Shown piece after piece: positions 32,684 to 40,735 of a stretch of DNA of 40,735 nucleotides. Source of the DNA: a virus (taxonomy: Duplodnaviria > Caudoviricetes). The notes under the pieces were generated by a model. That model did not search any database, had not been told where the DNA came from, and saw nothing but the letters and a program-made list of their open reading frames with translations. Location of the stretch: the IMG/VR virus record IMGVR_UViG_3300010362_000047, positions 1 to 40,735 of that record, one strand, 5' to 3'. How positions within the stretch are numbered: position 1 is the first letter of the stretch; each line of letters begins with the position of its first letter. A program made the translations under genes and the position numbers.

Positions 32684-34840
32684 TTAGGCCATCCAATCAA
32701 ACGAGAGCCACGACCACAATAGATTACTCGTGTTGCCAAAGATTGTACCAGTTCCAGCACTTACTAGCTCGAGTGCATACACATTGTGGAAGCCTAAACT
32801 CGTTGTCCAATACTCGCCATTGGCAAAGGTAGTAGCACTCGTAACCTGGTTAGTACCAGTAAATCCGAACGGCGTCGTAGTACTATCGAACCCAACACCT
32901 TTGTAGACAAAACCACTAGCTGCGTTTGTGCCAACTCCAGTATATTTCGCAGTCCATATATCCTCAGCAGCGCCACATACAAACGAGATACGATTACCCG
33001 TCGAGCCATTGGCTGCTCGCCACGTAGCCGAAGCGTAAGTCCAACTGGCCGTACTATCGTTGTTAGTGTAATGAATCAACTTCCTATTGAAAGCATTCCA
33101 CACTCCCACAATGATCGGAGATCCGTTGGCGGCGCTACCTCCAATCAAGTAATCGATCTGTGACGATCCATTCGAGCGAATGGTCCCCAGGAAAGTTCCA
33201 CGCTGTGCCGCAGGCCCATTCGTGATAGCGTTCGCATTGAGACTGAGCCCAGCAACGGGGACCAACTCCGATGTTCCAGCACCAGTTCCACGAGTCGTAT
33301 CCGTCGACCAAGCCGGTCCACGGGTTACTCTCGGAGTCGATCCATCTAACCATCCAAAGAGATCATAATTTTTGTTCGCTGCTACCGCCGCCGGCGACTT
33401 CGTAGTATCGGTGGTCAGCTGTGATAGCTCACCGCCTGTATCCATAGCGGTGAAAACGGAGCCATTGAAAATCGGCACAAACTTCCCAACACTGGGAGTA
33501 TAAAAAACGTTAGTGGCCGCGGACACGCTGGACGTCAGCACCGGTACACCACTCGTGAGCGTCGCACGGCCCTGCGGTGCAAACGTTTGAGGTGCTATCG
33601 GAGTGGCACTATTGAAGTTATTGACGTTTACCCACTGACTCGTGTTCGGGTCTACGTACCACAAGTACAGCAGGCCGCCGACCGAGTCAAACCAAAGGGC
33701 ACCAGAAGTGGGTGATCCAGGAGCCGTGTCACTCACCGTGATGCTGGCACCACCGCCGCCTCCACCTGGGAGGTTCGACAGCCGGATCTTCTTATGTCCA
33801 GTAGCCGAAGCATCATACGACGCAACGAAGTCATTGGCCGCGTCAGGAGTGGTATCCTCGGTCAACCCATTGATATCAAGCGACACCGCTGGATTAGCAA
33901 CTACACCGCTCCCATTCTGCACCTGCACGCCGGCCGAAGCAACTATCGATCGACCAGTGAACGTATCGGGTGCGGTCTGTACCAAAATCCCATTAGTGTT
34001 GTACGCCGCCAACGAAGCGAGCGTCGCATCGAACGCCTGTACGTTCGTGCCAATAACCAAGCCTAGCGTCCCACGGGCGGTAGCAGCATCCACATCATCG
34101 AGCAGCGTCCTAATGAATGAACTCAGCGTTGTCAGTGCCGCGGTTCCGGAACCCGTGAAATACGGTAGCTGATCGGCGGCACTGACAAGCCCTGCAATTG
34201 CGTTCAACTCCGCATCAAATGCCTGTACGTTAGTGCCAATAACAAGCCCAAGTGTACCGCGAGCAGTCGCGGCGTCCGGATCGTCCAAAAGCGTCCGAAT
34301 GAATGCACTCAGCGTGGTGAGGGCGGCCGTACCAGCCCCAGTGAAATACGGTAACTGATTGGCACTACTTGAGAGTGCGGCAATCGCAGCCAACTCCGCA
34401 TCAAACGCCTGTACGTCCACACCAGGAGTGAGACCGAGGGTTGCCCGAGCCGCTATGGTGTCTACATCGTCCAAAAGGGTCCGTGCATACGGTGTCAGCG
34501 TGTAAACCGCCGCCGCATCCGTCCCCGTGAAATAAATGCTCTGATTTGTGGTTGGAGTAAGCGCCGCAATAGCTTGCAGGGTCGGATCGAGGTCAGGAGT
34601 TACTCCACTGACCAACGTCTGAACATCGATCTTCCAATAGACCCCATTTACCGGGTCCCAAACCGCCACGAACATCCCAGGAGCCGGTGTGAGGCTCTCA
34701 GTTAGTCCACCGATATCCTGCTGGAATCGATAGGTCCCATTCGAACGACCGACCTGCACGCCGTTCGTAGCTACTACCCTCGCTGGGAACTTACTCAGCG
34801 ATTGTAGTCGAAGTTTTGGCGGCCTTCTAATTGGAGGCAC
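32684..34840 (-). CDS. Long fibre protein with three ~62-aa repeats
   Basis: (RTLLDD.DAA.AR.TLGL.IGTNVQAFDAEL.AIA.L...QLPYFTG) x3; AP.SP..G.LWFD module; C-terminal beta domain. Confidence 0.82.
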   Translation of the reverse strand: MPPIRRPPKLRLQSLSKFPARVVATNGVQVGRSNGTYRFQQDIGGLTESLTPAPGMFVAVWDPVNGVYWKIDVQTLVSGVTPDLDPTLQAIAALTPTTNQSIYFTGTDAAAVYTLTPYARTLLDDVDTIAARATLGLTPGVDVQAFDAELAAIAALSSSANQLPYFTGAGTAALTTLSAFIRTLLDDPDAATARGTLGLVIGTNVQAFDAELNAIAGLVSAADQLPYFTGSGTAALTTLSSFIRTLLDDVDAATARGTLGLVIGTNVQAFDATLASLAAYNTNGILVQTAPDTFTGRSIVASAGVQVQNGSGVVANPAVSLDINGLTEDTTPDAANDFVASYDASATGHKKIRLSNLPGGGGGGASITVSDTAPGSPTSGALWFDSVGGLLYLWYVDPNTSQWVNVNNFNSATPIAPQTFAPQGRATLTSGVPVLTSSVSAATNVFYTPSVGKFVPIFNGSVFTAMDTGGELSQLTTDTTKSPAAVAANKNYDLFGWLDGSTPRVTRGPAWSTDTTRGTGAGTSELVPVAGLSLNANAITNGPAAQRGTFLGTIRSNGSSQIDYLIGGSAANGSPIIVGVWNAFNRKLIHYTNNDSTASWTYASATWRAANGSTGNRISFVCGAAEDIWTAKYTGVGTNAASGFVYKGVGFDSTTTPFGFTGTNQVTSATTFANGEYWTTSLGFHNVYALELVSAGTGTIFGNTSNLLWSWLSFDWMA

Positions 34841-34843
34841 GAC

Positions 34844-35014
34844 TTACTTCCCTTTGTATTGGCCCGGACGAAGCCGCCGGAACTTCCCAGCTCTCGCACG
34901 CCGCTGATTCTCCAGCGCTATCGCGACAGCCTGATTCTGTGGCTTGCCGGCAGAGATCTCCCGTCGGATGTTCTCACTTACCGCAGCCTTCGAAGCACTC
35001 TTCACCAATGGCAT
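34844..35014 (-). CDS. 56-aa basic phage protein (MPLVKSASKAAVSENIRREISAGKPQNQAVAIAL...)
   Basis: Hand-translated; AGGAGG RBS; recognisable MPL.K..S....S.NI..E...GKP..QAVAIA motif. Confidence 0.8.
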   Translation of the reverse strand: MPLVKSASKAAVSENIRREISAGKPQNQAVAIALENQRRARAGKFRRLRPGQYKGK

Positions 35015-35035
35015 CCTGCCCTCCTACTGCTAGAG

Positions 35036-35072
35036 CCCCCGACCGAGTGGCCGATTAACACTCGATCGGGGG
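35036..35072 (-). terminator. Hairpin after portal
   Basis: CCCCCGACCGAGTG...CACTCGATCGGGGG. Confidence 0.55.
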
Positions 35073-35074
35073 TT

Positions 35075-37084
35075 TCAGCTGGCGACCGGCGGACCAGCGC
35101 CCTGCTGACTGCGTAACTGCGCAAGTTTATTGCGGTGGTCGAGAATCATAGTGTCCATCTTTTTGTCCGCCTGCGCGATGGCATGGCGGTGTACCTGATG
35201 TGCGAGCGCGGCCTGTGTGGCGCCCTCTGCCTGAGTATTGGAGTGATCCTGATGCGAGAGGGCAGCCTGCGTGGCCAACTCACTCATTTGATATTGGTGT
35301 TCCTGCTCCCGGCCCTGAGCCTTGATGGCCTCCTTCTCCAGATTCGATCGCCGATCGTACTCTCGTTCGAGCATGCCGTGAGCGCCACCCTGAGCGGTCT
35401 CCTGTGCCTTCGCCCGATTAAGTTCGGCCTTCGACCGAGTCTCATCCACCTGCGCAACTGCACCCTGTATCTGAAGTTGCTGCGCCGCCTCTTGCTGAGG
35501 TGACGGCGGCGGATTCAGCATCGCCATCAACCTCTTTTTCTTACTCGCTGGCAGTGGACTCAACTCGATGAGGATTGCAGGAGGCACGTTGGCGCCCTGG
35601 GTAGCCATAGCCCCGAGCGTATCATAGGCATCGGCCATCATGTTAACCTCATCCGGACCCTCATCCATAGCAATGTTGACGTCCAAAACTGCCACCTGAT
35701 TGACTAACTGCGGAAATCCCCCCGGTCCAGGCATCATCTGGTTGATTGCAACCAACTGTTGGACGCCGTCAGGGTCCATAACTGAAATGTAGCGAGGTGT
35801 GGTCCAGTATTTCTTGACCGCCGACCAAATCACTCGATAAAGATCCAACTTCCAGATGCGCCAGTTCACAATAAACGGCCCCAACTCCGAAATTCCGGCC
35901 TGCTGGAGCATAGAAATGGCCCTGCCGCTCTTGTACTCTAGTCCCTGACCAATAAGTGCCGGATTTGGGCCGAAATTCTCGATTTCATTCTTCGCCTCCT
36001 CCAAGAACTTGAGATTACCCTCCATATTCGCCAGTCGTGTTTGGTCATCGAACTCCGCAACGAAGTCTTTGTTGTAGAGAACGACTCCATCAGGCCTGAC
36101 AGCCTCTCGACGCGCTGCCTCAACGTCATTGAAAGCCCCCTCCTCAGCCTTAATTCGCCGCGAATTCAACTCATGAAGCCCTTTTGATCGTCGCTGGTTG
36201 ATTTCGTCCTGCGGACCCAGGAGATTCCGGATGAACCCGTAACGATCTCCGTCCTGATCAATGAAGCAGGAGAACATTCGGTACTTGCAGATCTCCTCGT
36301 CGTCGTCATCTACGAAGTACGACCGGCCCTCCATCAACTTCATGGTACCGGTGAACAGACACCAACACCATCCACCGCTGTGCCGATACCAGCAATCCGA
36401 TATCCGCACTCTCCTCCGGCCGCCGACCGAGTCAAACCACCGATTTTCCCTGTCCGAACTGGTCGTTAGTGACGATCCGTACTCGCAGGACGCACGAAGT
36501 GCTAGCTCCATGGACGGAAACTGCTGTATTGCCACCTCCAAATCGACCCACTTCGATGTTCCGCGATAGAGCGTATCGCTAAAGTCGTGCATTATCGACC
36601 GAGGATCGTAGAAAAACTCGTCATTTTGAACGATAGCGAACGAAATATCCATTCCCAACTTCTTGTGTTGCACTAACTTCAATTCCACCCCAGCAAACCC
36701 ATCAATTGCAGCCTGCTCCGCGATAAACGGAAGCTTATTTTGTTTCAGATCGGCCTCAACGACCGACCGCACGCAAGCGGTGGCCAATTCAGCGGCCGCA
36801 TCATCGCCTTGTTTCTTGGGGAAAGCCTTCGGGTCCTGCTTAAACCGCTCGATGAGGCCCACGATAGAATCTATTTTCCTGGAAATCCTATTATACGTAA
36901 TGATTGGCTGCTTTCTCTGGTTAAACGTCGAGATTTGCTTCTGCGTCCACTGCACTCCGTGCCGGTACCGCCGAGAGTTCTGCTGTTCGCTGATCTCCGG
37001 CTGCTTGCAGTTGATGTAATCGAGATACGCCTGCTTGAGATCCGACAGGGTCCAGTATTCAGTGCTTGCCTCACCGTAGGCCAT
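35075..37084 (-). CDS. Portal protein (P22-like)
   Basis: G.QW.......R.QP.IT.NRI, FFYDP.S...D.SD, YG.IR.L..PQDEIN.RRSK, SG.AI...QQAG. Confidence 0.9.
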   Translation of the reverse strand: MAYGEASTEYWTLSDLKQAYLDYINCKQPEISEQQNSRRYRHGVQWTQKQISTFNQRKQPIITYNRISRKIDSIVGLIERFKQDPKAFPKKQGDDAAAELATACVRSVVEADLKQNKLPFIAEQAAIDGFAGVELKLVQHKKLGMDISFAIVQNDEFFYDPRSIMHDFSDTLYRGTSKWVDLEVAIQQFPSMELALRASCEYGSSLTTSSDRENRWFDSVGGRRRVRISDCWYRHSGGWCWCLFTGTMKLMEGRSYFVDDDDEEICKYRMFSCFIDQDGDRYGFIRNLLGPQDEINQRRSKGLHELNSRRIKAEEGAFNDVEAARREAVRPDGVVLYNKDFVAEFDDQTRLANMEGNLKFLEEAKNEIENFGPNPALIGQGLEYKSGRAISMLQQAGISELGPFIVNWRIWKLDLYRVIWSAVKKYWTTPRYISVMDPDGVQQLVAINQMMPGPGGFPQLVNQVAVLDVNIAMDEGPDEVNMMADAYDTLGAMATQGANVPPAILIELSPLPASKKKRLMAMLNPPPSPQQEAAQQLQIQGAVAQVDETRSKAELNRAKAQETAQGGAHGMLEREYDRRSNLEKEAIKAQGREQEHQYQMSELATQAALSHQDHSNTQAEGATQAALAHQVHRHAIAQADKKMDTMILDHRNKLAQLRSQQGAGPPVAS

Positions 37085-37115
37085 GGCGCTTGGCGCCCTC
37101 CTAACTGCGGACGCC

Positions 37116-37346
37116 TCAGGCGCCCATTGGCTTCTTTGTCAATGCCTTTACTGCCCACATTGCAGAGTCCTCGGCATGGGTTTGGGCCAGTGCCCACAAT
37201 CGTTTAACCTCTGGATCATTGACGCTCTTAGCGCCCTCGGCGTAGATGTTAATGAGGTGGGCAGCGACACTCTTTACCTCGTTCACTCTCTCGTCCCCGC
37301 TAGGATTAAAGTCGATCCCAACCCGATACTCTCCAAGACCCGTCAT
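37116..37346 (-). CDS. Acb2/Tad1-like hairpin protein (candidate cyclic-nucleotide sponge)
   Basis: GE.RV...FNPSG...V..IK..AA.LI.....R..ALAQT..E..AMWAVKA.T; GAGGAGG RBS. Confidence 0.65.
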   Translation of the reverse strand: MTGLGEYRVGIDFNPSGDERVNEVKSVAAHLINIYAEGAKSVNDPEVKRLWALAQTHAEDSAMWAVKALTKKPMGA

Positions 37347-37356
37347 GATGCCCTCC

Positions 37357-38784
37357 TCAATACGATTTCCAGTCGCCTGCATTGGGGGGCCGATAAGTGG
37401 AATACCCGATGTCCACCCTGGCCTCCGTCGTACTCAGTGGCCGCAGATACGGTCGGCTCATTGCCGCGTATCGCCAGTCATCCGGAGCGTGATCCTCACC
37501 CCCGGTATCGACGTCCTCAGGCCGGTCCCGATCGTGCTGCATTGCCGGGACCGTCCGAACACTGTCCGTACACGTGGAGAAACAAAAGATCATGGGCTCC
37601 GGCTCGGCCATCATCCTCGCCCGGAGTTGGTCCCAGCCTCCCATGGCGCCCTTGGCACTAACCCGAGAGTTGTCCGCTCTCTTGAATGGTACGAGTTTGT
37701 CCCTTGCGAGCACTCTATTCATGCGCTCAGCGATCGATGGACCCCCGGCCTCCTGAAACGCTGAGGGATCGAGCACCCCATACCGCAACCGCGGAAGCAC
37801 TGTCCGTTCGAGTCGTACGATGCCCTCCGCAACCCGCTCCGCATCCATCTTCAGCCCTTTGTCAGGGCCGGACGCTCCATACCACTCCGCGTACCTCACG
37901 AGGGCGCCACGAGGGATGCGGCGGCGGGACTCCTTAAGAATGTGGAGGTCGTCGGCTATCGCCCACCATCCGACGCTGAATGGTTTGGCCGATCCCCAGT
38001 CCATCGATCGGAACCGAGCCCAACTGGCTGGAATGGCGAAAGGTTCCACTACGTGTCGCTCGTAGCGCCAGCAATCGAAGAATGCACCCTCAATGATAGT
38101 CCAATCTCCGTCGAGCCAAGCGCGCACCATAGCATCACTTGCAAGCCCTCGAAGACGGCCGGCGTATCCTGGGTCGGAGTCGAGGAGGATCTTATTGTCA
38201 CGCAGCCGCGCGGGAATGAAGATTCGATCCATTCCAGTAACTGGGTCGCGAATTGGCTTATATCCCTGGTAGCAAGGGTCGACAAAGTAGGCTTTAACCC
38301 AATGGTGACCAACTCCACCTGGGTTGGCGGCGGCTCGTATCCGGAGGGTCAGGACTCCGTGGGCTGATCGTAGGCGTCCGCGGAGGTACTTGTAGGCGTA
38401 ATCCCCAGCCCACTGCGTGAGTTCGTCCCACCCGATCCAAGTGTAGGCATGGCCTTGGTATCGAGTGGCATCGGCCTCCCGCTCAAGATATCGCATTTTG
38501 AGGCTGGCACCATTGTTCCAGGTCCATGTTTTTGGCTGCTCATGCCACACCGCACCACTTTGTGGATAGATTTCGTGGGACCTCCGAATCAACTCCTCAA
38601 GCTCGTTGTACGTTCGCCTGAAGAGGATGCCGGTCCAACGCCGACCATAGGTTGGCACGTCCTGGAGAAAATCCCCCAAGAGATAATCGGATTTCCCACC
38701 TCCGGCGGCGCCACCGTAGAAAAGTTCAGGACACCAGTCTGCGGTAATTGCTGCCGTCTGTGGTCCCGGCTGGGGAGACCACAT
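37357..38784 (-). CDS. terL: Terminase large subunit
   Basis: YGGAAGGGKS, WDELTQW, ANPGGVGH.WVK, DWGSAKPF, EDHAPDDWRY; start 38784 or 38832. Confidence 0.93.
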   Translation of the reverse strand: MWSPQPGPQTAAITADWCPELFYGGAAGGGKSDYLLGDFLQDVPTYGRRWTGILFRRTYNELEELIRRSHEIYPQSGAVWHEQPKTWTWNNGASLKMRYLEREADATRYQGHAYTWIGWDELTQWAGDYAYKYLRGRLRSAHGVLTLRIRAAANPGGVGHHWVKAYFVDPCYQGYKPIRDPVTGMDRIFIPARLRDNKILLDSDPGYAGRLRGLASDAMVRAWLDGDWTIIEGAFFDCWRYERHVVEPFAIPASWARFRSMDWGSAKPFSVGWWAIADDLHILKESRRRIPRGALVRYAEWYGASGPDKGLKMDAERVAEGIVRLERTVLPRLRYGVLDPSAFQEAGGPSIAERMNRVLARDKLVPFKRADNSRVSAKGAMGGWDQLRARMMAEPEPMIFCFSTCTDSVRTVPAMQHDRDRPEDVDTGGEDHAPDDWRYAAMSRPYLRPLSTTEARVDIGYSTYRPPNAGDWKSY

Positions 38785-39937
38785 CGTCGGAGGAATCGAG
38801 TTCGTCTTTACGCCTCTTAACCCATTCGTCATGAGTCTCTCGTGGCGGCCGATCGATAGCCTCCGCGGTCAGGCCAATCTCCATCTTCGACCCTGGGCCA
38901 TGGCCCGTACGGTCTGCGAAGGTTCTGGCCATCTCTAGGAGGAACGAAAGGGAGAACTGATTTGGGTCCTCTTGAAGTCGATCATGGATAGTTTCGAGTG
39001 CATCCATAGACAGATTTGCCATCCGCTCGGTCATATCCGCTACGATCGACTTGGTATCCTCTCGGTAATCGGCAACGAGAGCACTGAAAGTGGGGTCATC
39101 GACTAACTGTGCCACCCTCGCGACGGAATAGCCTGCCACGTGGGCCGCGTCACCCTGTTTCATGCCGGTGGCAAGGCACCGCGCGAGGGCATGGTGGCTG
39201 GAATGGATTCGCTTAAGCGTCGGAGCATGGGTTCCCCTCGGCAGCGTCAGCGCTGCTATGTCCGAGGCATTGAGGTCCCGAATCCACTCTGGCGGGGACG
39301 AAGTCCCGATGCGGCCCTTCCGGATCTTGGGTGCCTTGGGCAGGAGATCCAGCTCGCTCAGGAGGGCCTCTGGCGCGAGGATTCGAGGGTCCCGCGCGAA
39401 GCGAGCGGCCTCGGGCAAAGCCCCGGGGCGAAGCTCGGCGTCCGGCCCAACTCCAGCTCGTTCGATAGCGGAGGCCTCGAGTGCGGCCGAAACAATATCA
39501 CGCTTAACGCGGGCTCCTGGAGCAAAGGCTGCTGCCCACTCGTCCGCCGTAAGCACCCCTGTGACAGGCGGTGCTGATGGCGTCAGGGTGGCCCGCAGGA
39601 CCTGCCGCTCGCTCTCGTTGATCCTAGGCCGACCGCGGCCAGGAATGTGCTGGCGGAGCCACGCCTCAAGCGCCGGCGCGGGAGGGCCGGGGGTTGGAGG
39701 ACGTCCGGCGGGCGGGGCGCTAGGCTCCACCTCGGCAGGAGGACGTCCGGCGGGCGGGGCCTCGGGTTCGGGGCTGGGTTCCGCTGATTCGAAGAGTGCT
39801 CGGAGGATCTCCTCTGGTGTGGGACTGGTGGCGAGATGGGTGGCGTCCGGCTCGGGGGCGTCCGGCAGCCAAGTATTGACCTCGGCGTCCGCCTGAGCTA
39901 CGAGGTCGGCGATGTCCATGTTCTCGGCCTTGTCCAT
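38726..39937 (-). CDS. Terminase small subunit candidate (HTH + helical region, long Pro-rich N-terminus)
   Basis: Directly upstream of and overlapping terL; HHALARCLATGMKQGDAAHVAGYSVARVAQL HTH; ADRTGHGP. Confidence 0.6.
   Translation of the reverse strand: MDKAENMDIADLVAQADAEVNTWLPDAPEPDATHLATSPTPEEILRALFESAEPSPEPEAPPAGRPPAEVEPSAPPAGRPPTPGPPAPALEAWLRQHIPGRGRPRINESERQVLRATLTPSAPPVTGVLTADEWAAAFAPGARVKRDIVSAALEASAIERAGVGPDAELRPGALPEAARFARDPRILAPEALLSELDLLPKAPKIRKGRIGTSSPPEWIRDLNASDIAALTLPRGTHAPTLKRIHSSHHALARCLATGMKQGDAAHVAGYSVARVAQLVDDPTFSALVADYREDTKSIVADMTERMANLSMDALETIHDRLQEDPNQFSLSFLLEMARTFADRTGHGPGSKMEIGLTAEAIDRPPRETHDEWVKRRKDELDSSDDVVSPAGTTDGSNYRRLVS
39696..39760. repeat. 23-bp direct repeat x2 (APPAGRPP)
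   Basis: GGAGGACGTCCGGCGGGCGGGGC at 39696 and 39738. Confidence 0.85.
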
Positions 39938-40283
39938 GTTCCCGCCTTCGGCGGCCGCCTTTGGCGCCGCCTTCGGCGCCGAGCGTGCGCGCAACGCGCA
40001 CAAATGTCAAGCGATTGTCGTCGAGGCGACATGAGATGTTGGTAATGGGAGGGGGAGGCCTGTAGGTATGTTTGGGGGAGAAAATCTGGCGGGGGTGAGG
40101 CGCCCAAAAATTTTATTGCTTTTTTAGGCCCCCCGGCGAACTTTTATTGCGTAGATCCCCCGAGTCCCGCAACATTATTGTGTAGTGTGCATGTGCAAAA
40201 GTGTCACGTTCGTGCCACACATCACACAAGCCAAATATTGCGCAGTTTGGGCAAACAACGAACTATTGTTGCGCACATTGAAG

Positions 40284-40312
40284 TTGACTCCCCATGGGGG
40301 GTATGGCACTAT
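40284..40312 (+). promoter_or_regulatory. Putative sigma70 early promoter
   Basis: TTGACT-N17-CACTAT in the divergent intergenic region, ~60 nt upstream of the first early gene. Confidence 0.55.
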
Positions 40313-40374
40313 GGCCATGTTGGGAATGGGACTGACCGGATGGCCCGGCCGCCACCCCACAGGAGTCGGATACC

Positions 40375-40735
40375 ATGATCACCGTAACTCTGAAATCAGG
40401 TGCTGAACGCGAATTCCCGTCTTTTGCCGAGAGCAACGAACTCGACGATGCCACGATCGAGTACATCTGGGAGTACGGCGTGAAGCAGTGCATCAACGAC
40501 GCGACTGCGCCAGTCGTGAAGGCCAAACACGAGCCGTCGAAGAAGAACGACTTCCGCACATTCGATGACGAGGTCAACTACCGCGCTGACGTCCGGATTG
40601 CGAACCTGTGGTCCGGGAATGTGCCTACGCGCCGCGCGCGAGTGTCGGTGACCGAGTTGAAGAGTCGTCAGGTGGCCAAGGAACTCTCGACCAAGTTGGG
40701 ATCTCTCGACGAGGCCATGATGAAGAAGATCTTCG
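40375..40735 (+). CDS. Early hypothetical protein (125 aa, MITVTLKSG...KKIFEAAAE); wraps across the junction and ends at nt 17
   Basis: Hand-translated; AGGAG RBS at 40361; final G + AGGCCGCCGCCGAGTGA gives E-A-A-A-E-stop. Confidence 0.8.
   Translation, partial: MITVTLKSGAEREFPSFAESNELDDATIEYIWEYGVKQCINDATAPVVKAKHEPSKKNDFRTFDDEVNYRADVRIANLWSGNVPTRRARVSVTELKSRQVAKELSTKLGSLDEAMMKKIF

Larger units (their letters stand above)
1..40735. mobile_element. Complete (circularly permuted) tailed dsDNA phage genome, P22-like podovirus virion module
   Basis: Terminase, portal, scaffold, capsid, ejection, fibre, lysin and replication genes in two opposed blocks; ORF at 40375 continues in frame across the end/start junction; no host housekeeping genes. 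Confidence 0.93.

Noticed and set aside
31195-34840. Diversity-generating retroelement acting on fibres
   Set aside because: No reverse transcriptase and no TR/VR pair with adenine-specific mismatches noticed
39140-39896. + strand ORFs of 145 and 244 aa
   Set aside because: Antisense to the terS candidate in very GC-rich sequence with few stop codons

Overview
The window is most likely a complete, circularly permuted ~40.7 kb dsDNA phage genome: an ORF starting at 40375 reads in frame across the 40735/1 junction and stops at nt 17. It looks like a P22-like podovirus, probably infecting an alphaproteobacterium of the Rhizobiales/Bradyrhizobium type (host is an inference). The + strand (40375->18416) carries many small early genes, a UvrD-type helicase, a PD-(D/E)XK nuclease/AAA ATPase/SSB-like recombination trio, a tRNA-like element with a broken anticodon arm, a ParB-DNA methyltransferase fusion, a split family A DNA polymerase (UDG+exonuclease gene, then polymerase gene, with a 31-aa membrane peptide between) and an MCM/DUF3987-like AAA+ ATPase. 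The - strand (39937->18413) carries terminase, portal, a fibre cluster, scaffold, major capsid, head-tail, ejection, tail fibre and lysis genes. I found no integrase, RNA polymerase or primase. The most striking non-coding element is at ~597-1074: a perfect 34-bp inverted repeat enclosing G-tracts, an AT-rich core and a C-tract, with three GCCACA-N5-GCCACA boxes. I interpret it as an origin that may be primed by transcription (R-loop). Two small proteins resemble nucleotide-sponge anti-defence families (Acb2/Tad1-like and Acb4/Tad2-like). All family calls come from motif recognition by eye, not database searches.
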